64,000 nt of DNA from Octopus sinensis (taxonomy: Eukaryota). Made by a program: the position numbers and the translations under genes. The notes under the pieces are model-generated. The model was not told the origin of the DNA. It saw only the letters and a program-made list of their open reading frames with translations, and searched no databases. The DNA lies in assembly GCF_006345805.1 (NCBI RefSeq), contig NC_042999.1, positions 93,310,001 through 93,374,000 on the forward strand, written 5' to 3'. Shown one piece after another: positions 28,125-40,314 of the stretch; the first letter of the stretch is position 1; the number at the start of each line of letters is the position of its first letter.

Positions 28125-28408
28125 AGGCAAATAAGAAAATGAAGAAGATTAAAAAATTGACAAACATCATCCTGTAAACATTTAATTAATTTATTAATTG
28201 ATTACAATCGTATGTGTATTCCAAATAAACGAATGGAAAAGCAAATAAATAAGTAAAAAAATAAACGTTTATTTTTATATAGATATTTATTTACTTATTT
28301 GGATCACTTACACATATGATCGTATTCAATTAATAAATAGATAGAATTGAATGTTTACTGGCTGGTGTTGTCGATTGCTTATCCTATGCATTTTTCATTT
28401 GCTTTATA
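28125..28408. repeat. diverged ~280-bp foldback (palindrome) starting at a (TA)n tract
   Basis: Centre AAAAATAAACGTTTATTTTT; arms include AATTGATTACAATCGTATGTGTA / TACACATATGATCGTATTCAATT. Confidence 0.7.
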
Positions 28409-28422
28409 AATCCTGGAGATTT

Positions 28423-28700
28423 AGTAGAGATATTAGAGGTAATGGCTACATTCATCACCAATCCAAATTTCATTGTTAATTTACGTGGAAATAGTAAAAA
28501 CAAATATTATTTTAAACCTAATCCGAAAAAATTCCAGAATGATCATAATGTTAACTGGGCTGTGGCCATATGAAAACAGAATGAAAACCGTATGGTCATG
28601 TGTGCATGTGTGTGTATACGCGCTCACACTCACACATACATACACATTCTGATATATCGGATATTTTCTATTCCTTAGATGGTTTCTTATCCTCTAACTC

Positions 28701-28790
<90 letters not shown>

Positions 28791-30043
28791 ATATATATAC
28801 ATTTACACGGAGAATTCATTCCATACCAACACAACCACAATCAATATTTTTTAGCCCCAGAGTAGAGAAAATGGGACACATGATGAAAATGGATACACAG
28901 GAGAAACCGAAATTAATTGATCTGTCATATAAATCCCTCTTAACCACAAAGGGCCATATCCTAACGAAAGTGGTAACCAAATAGAAGTCAAGTACAGTGA
29001 TACAGAATTCTGCAGGAAATTACGACTTACAGAAGTACTGGCCGATTACAATAGCGAAGATGATTCTCTAGTCAAAAACAGAACTGAACATATCCCCCAC
29101 AAAGAAATAAATAAAAATTTCGACAAATTCTGTAGCCACATTCCCCTACCACAACTTGAAGATGGAAAAAAATCATTTCAAATTTCAGTAACACCCAATG
29201 GGAAGAACAAACTCAACTACACAATATTGAAGAAATAACAATCAAAGAAGCGGATAAAGGGAGTGCGGTGGTAGTAATGGACATATTATACTACAAAAAT
29301 CTAGTAGCATCTATTTTAATGCCATTCTTTCCCAACCAATCTTGGGACTTTTTAGCAGTGTGACTAGGAGCCCCATCTTTCATAAATAGAGTGTTCTTTA
29401 ATCATTTAAGCACTGGAGAAGATTGGAAGGAGTCCTTTCTGCAATAAGGGCACATATTTATCTGAGTTTGTGTTTCCCTCATACTCCAACAGCTCTGGTT
29501 ACTGTCAGACAGCTCTAGTAGATCTGGGCGAGGTGATGTGGACTCATTCCCCTCTCTGGTGAATTGTACAGTATCTCTAGTAACAGTAGAATGCGGGAAC
29601 TCGAGGCTTTCTGCGATTTTGCGCTATGCCTACTTTCGGATTGACCCTCAATACGACCTCTTTAAAATTCGGATAGCTTTTTTTCATATATAGCATAATC
29701 AAACACTCAGATATAGGACCTAAAATATAGAGATGTTAATTAATATAAAATATAAAACATTTGAAGTTAAAATATACACGAAAGTATGCTTTATGGTTTG
29801 TCTATTTACCTCTATCATGTGTGTATGTATGTGTGAGTGTGAGCGCGTATACACACACATGCACACATGACCATACGGTTTTCATTCTGTTTTCATATGG
29901 CCACAGCCCAGTTAACATTATGATCATTCTGGATTTTTTTCTGATTAGGTTTGAAATAATATTTGTTTTTACTATTTCCACGTAAATTAACAATGAAATT
30001 TGGATTGGTGATGAATGTAGCCATTACCTCTAATATCTCTACT
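28423..30043. repeat. near-perfect 224-bp inverted repeat pair enclosing ~1.17 kb
   Basis: 28423-28646 is the reverse complement of 29820-30043; about 3 mismatches counted by eye. Confidence 0.95.
28870..29310 (+). pseudogene. Penelope-like element ORF fragment upstream of the RT core
   Basis: EFCRKLRLTE and TIKEADKGSAVVVMDILYY (PLE IKxADKGxAVVVM motif). Confidence 0.75.
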
Positions 30044-30977
30044 GACAGATCATTTCACCTACTCCAATGTCAACATAGTTGTTATTACGATTTACCATTA
30101 CAGGAGCTTTTATCCAGTAGAATAACTAACAAATGTCTTCCTCACATAAACATCTTGAGTGTTTATTTTCCATCATGGTGTGTAACGATCTACAGTATCC
30201 AGTTAGTTACTCCTTAAAGCAGCATGTAGGCAACAGAATGGAAAGTGGAGTCGGTAGTTCCAACTTGGAATTCTGTTAGAGCTAATTGTTAAACTGCTAC
30301 GCGTTAAAAAATTGTGCAGGATAGATACACATGGGATTTCTTTGATAGAAGTGCAAAGAGGGACTTGTAGTTTTTAATTTCTTTATTTACATATATATTC
30401 TATTAGTTATATGATTGCGTTTACATGTGTGTGTATACAAACACATACATAAAGGCACGCACACATACACATGCACTCACACATACACATGCACTCACAC
30501 ATACACATGCACTCACACATACGCACAAACACTCATATACAATGTATAATTGACTAATAACAATACAGAATTTACTGAATTGTTCACATTTTGGCGCCAA
30601 ATTGTACGCGTGTGTCTACGGCTCCGAGGAGGAGCGCATTAATTTCTATACTGGTTGAAAGTATTTAATAATAGGTTTTTTACTGCAAGAACGGATTTTC
30701 TCAAGGGGTTACTCAGAAAAGTCGAAATTCTTGCATATAACAAGTTAGTGGAATGCAAGTGAAAATATATATGATACTAAATTAATTATTTCTTTGCCAT
30801 ACATTACAGAAAAACAAAACACAACAAACAGATCCCATGTCTGTACGTCGAGATTCAAAACAATGAGGAAACCCAAGGAAACGAGGAACCTTTTAAGTTG
30901 TTATTCGATCTGTAATAAACAACAGTCATAACTCAAACTTCACCCCCTCTGTCTCTGTGTTTCTCTTTCTGTCTGTT

Positions 30978-31010
<33 letters not shown>

Positions 31011-31386
31011 TTCTCTCATTCTCTCTCTATTCCTCAATATTACTGTTTTTTGAAAATGGGAAAAACAAATTGCAGAATGTTGTGTGTTATGCCAGAATAC
31101 AGTTACAACTATTTTGGAACTATGCGTGATCGAGTAAAACCGAATTAGAAATAAAAATCTTTTTAAAACTTATTGATATCCCACGAATCAAATATTAGTC
31201 CTCAATGCCGCAGCACTGTACTGTGTATTCAAATTATATTTCCGAACTAGCTCAAAAGCCGCCTGATCACTAAACAATAACGAAGGGTGCAAGGATCACC
31301 AGCATTGATAGAAAAAAGTCAAAGCCACAGAAGGCATATTTTCTATTTACTGACAGGGAACATATACATACATATACATATATACA

Positions 31387-31471
<85 letters not shown>

Positions 31472-31568
31472 ATATATATATATCTATATATATATATAAT
31501 ATATATATATATATAGATGTATGTATGTATGTATGTATGTATGTATATATGATATAATATAATATAAT

Positions 31569-31853
31569 TTAGAGAAAACCACTATTATGCATTCAAACAA
31601 TCATAGACATAAGCCAAATCATAAAGAAAAAATAAAATATATTTTAAAACATATAACTAGATCACGAAAAGTAAAAAAAATTGATAGAATATATATGATA
31701 AGTAATTACTTATTACTTATTACTTATATATTGTTTATTAATTTTTGTACTTTTGTGATCTAGTTATATGTTTTAAAATACATATTATTTTTTTTCCTGA
31801 TTTGGTTTACGTCTAGCATTGTTTGAATTGCATAATAGTCGTTTTTCTCTAAT
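31569..31853. repeat. ~285-bp diverged foldback between (TA)n tracts
   Basis: TTAGAGAAAACCACTATTATGCA / TGCATAATAGTCGTTTTTCTCTAA; TTTTAAAACATATAACTAGATCAC / GTGATCTAGTTATATGTTTTAAAA; centre ATAAGTAATTACTTAT. Confidence 0.85.
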
Positions 31854-31971
31854 CTATATATTATATATTGATATTGTGAAATTTGATTTAATACTAAATT
31901 GAACTTTTCCCTGTAAGTTTTGAGTTATACTCCCTAATATTATTATTATTGTTGTTGTTGTTGTTGTTGTT

Positions 31972-32023
<52 letters not shown>

Positions 32024-33001
32024 ATTAAATAGTCATAAAAACAAGCTACATGTGCTCTCTATCCTGCTTGTTACCAATCCATTTAGCCCCTTGAATATAC
32101 ATACACAGATATACTTACAAACGAGTCTCATATCTTCTGCCGCTTTTCATTCGCAATCATTTTCTTGTGTTTTAAGATCTCTCTGCCCTCTCTTTTTTTC
32201 GCATCCTTTCTTGTACTATTGCATCAATTCACCTTCTTGTTTAGTGCCGGTGAATTACTACCTTATTGGTTTTATATTGAGTTTAACCATTTTGTTTGTA
32301 TTTCTTCGCTTCGCTCATTTCGGTTTTTCATGCACTTATCCATGTGTTGGTTAGAGAATTCGCTTCCGTTTTTGGTATTTCAGAGTTCAAGAGTTCAAAA
32401 ATTAACTAGAATCTAATTTAGCCGAAAAGTGCTTGAGAATATTAGCCAGAATATCTTGGCGCCATTTCGTACTTTTTCGCTAACATCATGAAACACTCAA
32501 AGCGAAATATAGTTAGAAATCATTATTATATGGATATGAAGCACACCGATCAGATTTATTTAAGCTTGAAGACGACAGCGATATGAAATAATGCTAGGCT
32601 ATATTTAATGTGAATAGGTTAATTCAACAAATGGTAAATATAGATGTCATATGAGGACATCTGACTTATTTTGTGAAGTGACCTATGCTATCTCTTCTAA
32701 TGAAATTAATCTGTCAGGAATCTTAGTCAAGCAACATTGAGAACATAATAGTTTAAATTATACGACACAACTATAACACTGTCACAAGTGATATGCTATG
32801 TTTAATTGTACGTTTGTATATTGAAAATAAATATGAAATTAACACCTTCCCAGTTGCCTTAGTTTAACTCCAATGCGATATGCATATTTTCACGAAATTG
32901 GTATAATCATCGGTACTATAATAATAAATTTATTTGTTTTTAAAGATTTCCTTATTAATAATTACTTTTAATTCTTATATTAAATTAGCATAATTCCTTT
33001 C

Positions 33002-33033
<32 letters not shown>

Positions 33034-33169
33034 TGAGGCGGGGATGAATGTCTATTATTGCTGACAAGGTGATGATCGGAAAAACAAGTTGTACAACATA
33101 AATGATATTTAGACCCGAATTTTGTACTACAGCGTAGAGCCATCCCAAGTGAATCCGCTACTAATCGCC

Positions 33170-34700
33170 AAAGTCTGAATTTACAGAAGATTTGTATTCA
33201 TGCATATATTTGACGATGACGCAGAGCTGTCTGAAAATTCTTTATTCCTTCAACTATGGATGTGATAATCTTCGTTTTTAAAATCAGAGAAACGTATCAT
33301 TATGCCACTAATAGAAAAATAGTATTTACATTATAGTAGAGGTAAAGTTGGTAATCGGGTCAAATTTACTCCCTTGACGTTCTCTAGGTAGAGAGGGTAC
33401 AACGATCACATATCAGTGTATTGTTTTTCCTGTGTGAGCGCAACTGTGATCACTTAAAAAATACAACTTTATTAATTTCCTCAATCTGTTGTATTCAATA
33501 AGAACAATTCTCCACTGTGTCCAACGTCTTGTCATAAATCCCCTTGATCATGAATGCATTAACTTATGAAGAATGAAATGCAGCTGGAGATGTTCAAATG
33601 AAAGAAAATAAGATATTTCTAATCTACCATTCGAAACAACTGGTTCCTCGAATAAAATGCATTAACTAACAATAAAAGACATGCATAACTTAGTCTGAGA
33701 TCTGAATTTATCTAAGGATTAGCCTGAATATTTAGGTTCATGATTAAAGAGTTGGGATTAACTGAAGCATGATAATATAGCTCGTGTTATTCTCAGGCAT
33801 CGTGATGAATTTAAAGAATTGTTCTGCCATGTTATTTCAGTGATGGCTTCCGTGCAATGGACATGACGTGTATGAATGATGATTGTTCACTGATTCCTCA
33901 AACGTCAACTTGAAAGCAGTCATTCCTCGTAAGAGATGTAATTTACCATTCAACACATTCACCATATAGACATTAAAGTCCATAAAGTTACTTGTACAAA
34001 TCCATATCAGAAATATGAATATAATATTTCAGATGAGAATGTCATCGTGACATTACCAGGGTTTCATTTAGGTTATCCCAAACACTTTTAACAATTCTTT
34101 TAGCCGAATTAGTCATAATGTATCCCACTTTTTCGATCTAAAATAAGAGTTTACTACAGTTCATCTGTTGACATTGAGAATGTGTTTATTTTGCAAAGCT
34201 AACTCGTACTTAACGAAAATATTGTTAATGCAATTAAGCGCCAAGTACGTTATAACTCTTGAGAAATAAGCTGGCCAATTTCAGCAACGCAATTATTATT
34301 TCTCTGAACTCCGGTCGGAGAATCCTTAAGTGATACAGCAGTTGAAGGAGTGTTCAAGGATGTTACGAAAGCTGCGTAGCAAAGTTTGAAAAGCCTCGTT
34401 GCCAAATTCTTTGGATCAGAAAACATTTTTAGATAATAAGCGTATTATTCAAGATTTATCAAATATTGCGATGAAATATAACATTAAAGGTTCCTCCTTG
34501 GACATCCAGTAAACGACGTTCATTGTTCGTAATCGAACAAATTTACCACGTCCAAAGGAGATCGCGTATGCATGCTGACCAAAGATTGGATCTGAAAAAG
34601 GGACATGCATAAGACAAAGGTGTCTTTTTATGGTTTGAGAAATGTGCAACTATATAAATTGCTAAACACTGAATTCTACGTCACACAAACTTATTCGGAT
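33170..34700 (+). pseudogene. degraded DNA transposase, probably Chapaev3-like
   Basis: DLNLSKD..EYLGS*LKSWD (cf. RDLNLSK..AELLGSRLK.W) and RLFTDSSNVNLKAVI (cf. WRLFIDSSK.SLKAVLL); family assigned from recalled motifs. Confidence 0.5.
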
Positions 34701-35096
34701 TTAGCACAAAATGGGCTATTCGGTTGTTTTCATTCTTTCGAAACTAAAAAAAAGTCTTGTTCACCATTCTCATTCGTTTTTTGTTAGCGTATTTGTCACT
34801 ATTGCTACAGGCTTACGTAGAATTATTAAGAGTTAAATAACGTCAACGTGATATACAATGAAAGGGTGTATACGCCGATCAGAGTAAAATAATTTGGTGT
34901 TTTCTTAAAGAAGTCCCATAAATTTGCTTCACGCCGAGAAACACCAATGTAAACAAAGTGAGAATGTCAAACAAGATTTCATACGAATATTTGGGCACAA
35001 GACAGATATATCAATAAGGGGCAAGAATAATCAATGTGAGATTCAATAAAACAATATTCGGTTTTCGTTTATTCCAGCATTTTCTCTTTTAATATA

Positions 35097-36706
35097 CAGT
35101 TGCGGTCAAAATGTTCAGAACGGCATTGTTTTCGCCAGAAAAGTAAGTATAAGTTTTTATCAAAGTTGTTTTATGTTCTATAATTTTTACAGACAATAAA
35201 TACAATATCAATTGTTATGGTCTGACATTTTAGTGTAATTTGAAAGGATAATACAAAAGTTATGGATGATTTAGTGATTTACTGCAAAACCCATGGCGGC
35301 CCAAATTATCAGAATGGTTGAAAAATAAAATAATTAAAAATGACAGAGAATACTGGAATTATTTAATATTTAGTGTGAAGCCCTTTAGCTTCAATCACAC
35401 TTTGATATCTTCGACTGCATGAGGAAATTAAATTTTCAATTTCTTGCTATGTGATCTTATTCCATTCTTCCTGAAGGGCATTCCATAATTGCTCGGTTGC
35501 TTTCGAACGTTCTCCTAGAATATTTCACACATTTTCAATAGGATTGAGATGTGGGCTTTGAGCAGACCAATCCATAATAATAACCTTTTCAGCCTTGAGG
35601 AAGTTCATGACCAACTTAGCCTTGTGCCATGGGGCATTGTCCTGCATGAATATGTGTGGTCGCTTAGTTGAATTTCTCAGCACAGGCAAGACATGATCTT
35701 TTACAAGTTGTTTATAAACTCCTGCATTTACCTTTCCGTGGAATCGCACCAAAGAGCCCACACCATCTCCAGATATCATCCCCCAAACCATGACACTTCC
35801 TCCACCGAATTTAACACTAGTCTTAAGGAATTTAGATGACTATTCTTCGCCTACTTTTCAACGAACGTACCTTTTCCCATCTGAGCCAAATAACATAAAC
35901 TTAGATTCATCACTGAAATGCACCGTTTGCCATTTTTCTTGAGACCACAACACATGTTCGGTTGCAAAGGTAAGACGACACTTTTTATTTTTGGAGCTGA
36001 TCAGTGGCTTCACTGCAGGTGATCTTGCTTGTAGGCTATGTTCAACAAAGCGATGAGACACAGTTTTTCGAGATAACGTTTTCTTCAGTACAATGCTCAT
36101 TTCCCGAGAAACAGCAGCAGCAGTTTTAAATCTGTCCATTTTAGCCAACTTTACCATAGCACGATCTTCTTTCTTGGTCGTTTTTCTTGGCCTACCTGTA
36201 GGCTTTATTGCTTCACACGAACCATAATCATCGGAGACCTTAAGAATACCGTGAACAACACTTTTGGACTTGTTAACAATCTTTGCAATAGACCCAATAC
36301 TTAAATTATCCTTCTTTCGAAGCTTAATAATCTGCTGACGAATTGGTAACGGAGTAAGTGGCATTATATTAACAAAGTTCACTGCAGATATTCTTACTAA
36401 TGTTTAGTAAACGAACCATCACGTAAACAAATTCAAAACATTAGAGTTCGCCGGTTAAATATATTAAAACACGGAGTAAAAGCAACCATTCTGATCATTT
36501 TGGCCGCAATGGGTTTTGCAGTAAATCACTAAATCATCTATAACCTTTGTATTATCCTCTCAAATTACACCGAAATCTCAGACAATAACAATTAATATTG
36601 TATATATTGCCTGTGAAAATTATAGAATATAAAACAACTTTGATAAAAACTTATACCTACTTTTCTGGCAAAACCAATGCCGTTCTGAACACTTTAGCCG
36701 CAACTG
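35097..36706 (-). mobile_element. full-length Tc1 element (DD34E) with ~225-bp IR/DR TIRs and TA TSD
   Basis: TA|CAGTTGCGG...CCGCAACTG|TA; TIRs 35097-35320 and 36483-36706; outer and inner direct repeats (GCGG.CAAAAT.TTCAGAA.GG). Confidence 0.95.
35363..36364 (-). pseudogene. Tc1 transposase, one reading frame interrupted by 4 nonsense codons
   Basis: GRPRK, VHFSDESKF, MQDNAPWH, 34-aa spacer, NPIENV, C-terminal AKGLHTKY*. Confidence 0.93.
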
Positions 36707-37307
36707 TACAACAGCATAGAAGTCATTTAAATAGTCGTATTGCAGATATTGTTCTAAGTCACGCGTTGCAAGTTATTACATTATTAAATTCTGCTAATGT
36801 TTTGCCATCACATTTTTTACCTAGGAACCTCCGTTATAATTCAGAAGGAAAAACAAGTATTCTAATCATCATATTGCTCCCTACTGCACGGAAAAAACAA
36901 AATCATAATATGCAAGCTTTGCTTATGACAAACAAAAATACATGTGTTGTTATATGTCTCAACGTCAAACAAAATATGCTTTTACTTATGATGAATATGA
37001 TGGGATGTATTTGTGGTCGAGATAATTCTTCAACTTACCCGAATCACTGGACATAAAGTCAATTCTAATGCACTAAGTGAAATTAGTTACAGTTTAAAAT
37101 TAATTTTCCTTGTTTGTCGACATTTTTGTAAACATATTTATATTCCGTTATGGTAATTCCATGGCGGCATTTTAAAATACGAATAAAGAGCAAACATTTC
37201 TTATATTTTATAATTATATTTCGTCACAGAAAATTTCAAAATACTCTGCATTTTATGCAGTACATCTGAGTCAGTGAACAATAACGAAATAGCATACCGA
37301 ACTCTTA

Positions 37308-37440
<133 letters not shown>

Positions 37441-38684
37441 ATAAAACACAGGATGCGTGTCTGTGTGCTAGTCGTGTTAAAACTCAAGATTCCCACAGCC
37501 GATTTTAATAAAATTTTACACATGCATTACATTGTGTCCTTGGAGTGTAATGGAGCATAAAAATTCCAATTTCGTGCCTAATGCGGGTCTAGGGGCAAAT
37601 AACCCGAATTTTCGCAGCATTAAGTCTCGTAACATGAAGAGTATCCAGTCGCTTTCCTCCAAATTTGCAAAAAACATTAATCAAGCTCCTCGAATTGCTG
37701 TTGACTAAAGAAACATTCCGACGTCGACTATGGAGATTAATCATATTTGAGTATACCGCAGTGGGTTTTATCTTTGTTTTAAACCATTTTCCGATGATAA
37801 AATATTGACACTACTTATGCATTATAAGTAGCGTATGATAATACAGGAATACCTTTTTGTCCAATTTAGCAGAGACGAAAAGAACATTAGCACTTTTGTC
37901 GGCGCCGTGTTGATCCTTCATATTACCATTCCGCGCACCACCGGGCCATATGCGTGTGTGTGCGGCGGGGTAAAGGCACAATAAAACCATTCCTCTATTC
38001 CCCAAAAGTGCCTTGTTGATGTCTCCCGTTGCCAATCCTGCGCAACGCATCATGACCAGCAGCATGCCTGCTTTCTATGTCATCCATGTCTGACATATAT
38101 AATGCAAAATGTTCATACCCCAAAAATTCACTGCTGTTATGACTCACAGCCATTTGAGTTTGACCACGCGACCAGTTCCGTAAACTACGATCACCTCTTG
38201 CAATTAGTCCCTCCATGTGATTCTTACCCTGTTTAGCCGGTCGATCAAATACAGAGTGTCCCAGAATTAATGATGATTTGAGTAAAATTGGATGCAATTT
38301 TTATAAAACTTTCTTTTATTTATGTTTATCATGTTTAATATCTGTTAAAAGTGTATAAATTTTGAATTTTATTTATGATTGTATTTTCATTTCTGTTGAT
38401 TATTTGATTATGACAGCTTGTTTTCAATTTGTCAGCAATCATTTTCGTTACCTCCACTCCAAAGATGGATAATCGTTTAGCTGAGCTTAAAGAACACATT
38501 CAGTTTGCAGTACAGGAGCTAACTCCTGAAATGCTTCCAAATGTGTTTCACAGCGCTAATGGGAAAGTTTTAAATAAAAATTTGACGCAAGATTTATAAA
38601 TCTATTTGATTTATAAATCTATTTGGGTGGATCTTGAGTTTTAACATGACAAACACACAGACAGACACACATACTGTGTTTTAT
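37441..38684. mobile_element. 1.25-kb unit with ~55-bp imperfect inverted termini, flanked by mirrored (TATC)n and (GATA)n
   Basis: ATAAAACACAGGATGCGTGTCTGTGTG..GTGTTAAAACTCAAGATTC versus GATCTTGAGTTTTAACATGAC..CAGACACACATACTGTGTTTTAT. Confidence 0.6.
38250..38560 (+). mobile_element. Tc1/mariner-superfamily deletion derivative
   Basis: TACAGAGTGTCCCAGAA terminus; LAELKEHIQFAVQELTPEMLPNVF resembles a transposase C-terminus. Confidence 0.45.
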
Positions 38685-38699
38685 TTAGTTAGATAAATA

Positions 38700-38856
<157 letters not shown>

Positions 38857-40219
38857 TTCTGTCAGTTTTTTTTTCTAAAAATTTTCTCAATTTCATTGAA
38901 ACAGATAGTTAACTCTGGAACACCCAGCATGGTGTAGCGTTCTCAGTTGTTACGTTGCTCGAGTAAATATTAAAATCCAAGGCCTTGCTGTAAATACCCC
39001 ATCTTTTTGTTAAGCATACTGTTTCAAGGTGTATACTATCCAAAATGTATCTCTCCGTTATATGTGTGGCTGTGTTGTGTGGTTGAGAATATTGCTTTCC
39101 AACCGTGTTGAGCAATTCTCTTTCATTACAGTTCCGTGCCGACCAAAGCCTTGTGTATTATATAATTGCCATTGCTGTATTCATAACACATACAACTCAC
39201 TTATTGTTGCCATATAATAAACAAAGAGAAGTTCGTGTATGGAATAGATCTTTCTTCTACTTCAATTATTACATGTTTTTTTTTTTTGTTATAAGATACG
39301 CACATACATGAGGAGTAAATCTCTATATATATTATAACAATTTGAATGTGACTCCCAAGAAAGAGTAAAAATAATTACCTGATCAACGATGCGTATTACT
39401 GATACTCATGAAACAAGACTAAAGTGAAGTTATTGGAAACTGAGAGATTTAAAATGCTAACATTACTTTTTCATAGTGTCATTGTTTCAGATAAGTTCAC
39501 GTGCCAAACATGTGGCAGAGGGAACACGCAAAGAGACAAGTTAGTGTTCCACCAAAATTGATTTAATTCTAAAGAAAATACTACTGTATCGTATTTAGCG
39601 AGATATCATTTAGTGCAATTGTATTTTATTTTAGCAATTTTATTTTATTGAAATTGTTCAACATGTCTGTATCCCTACATATTTCAGATCTGTCCTAAGC
39701 GTTGTGAAACACATTTTCAAGCATTTCAGGAGTTAGCTCCTGCACTGCTAAATGAATGTGTTCTTTTAAGCTTAGCTAAACGACAAACAAATTAGATAAA
39801 ATAAAAACAATGACTTTAATCGGTAAAATAATACAGAAGTAATTCTTATTAATGAGTATACTATGTATTTGCTTTTGAAATATGTTCTGCTGCCAAAAAA
39901 AAAAAAAAACAATCATATTTTGAAGCAAATTATGAGGGTGGATTAAATCATATAAATTTTTTTAATATATATTTTAAGTATCAAATATATAATCGGATTT
40001 TGCCATTCATTAAAATAAGGAGAACTGAACTCGTTTCATGGTCAACACACACGCGCGCACACGCACACAGACACACACAAACTCACAGAAGAGACACACT
40101 GACACGCAAGCACACACATACGCGCACACACGCACACAGACACACACAAACAGACATGCACACGCACACATACACACACACACTCACATAGACACACATA
40201 TATAACATATTTCAGTTAA

Positions 40220-40314
40220 TTTCTTTTACTTGCTTCAGTGATTTGACTACGGCTATGCTGGAACACCGCTTTTGGAAGAGACAAATCGACACCGGGTCTT
40301 CTTCTTTGTAAGCC
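40220..40314 (-). mobile_element. SINE family B tail, cut at the LTR boundary
   Basis: Matches 18165-18250 up to TTTGTAAGCC, then TGTTAC of the LTR begins. Confidence 0.7.

Noticed and set aside
36598-37056. 152-aa ORF next to the Tc1
   Set aside because: Starts inside the TIR at a non-ATG codon and has no recognisable motif.
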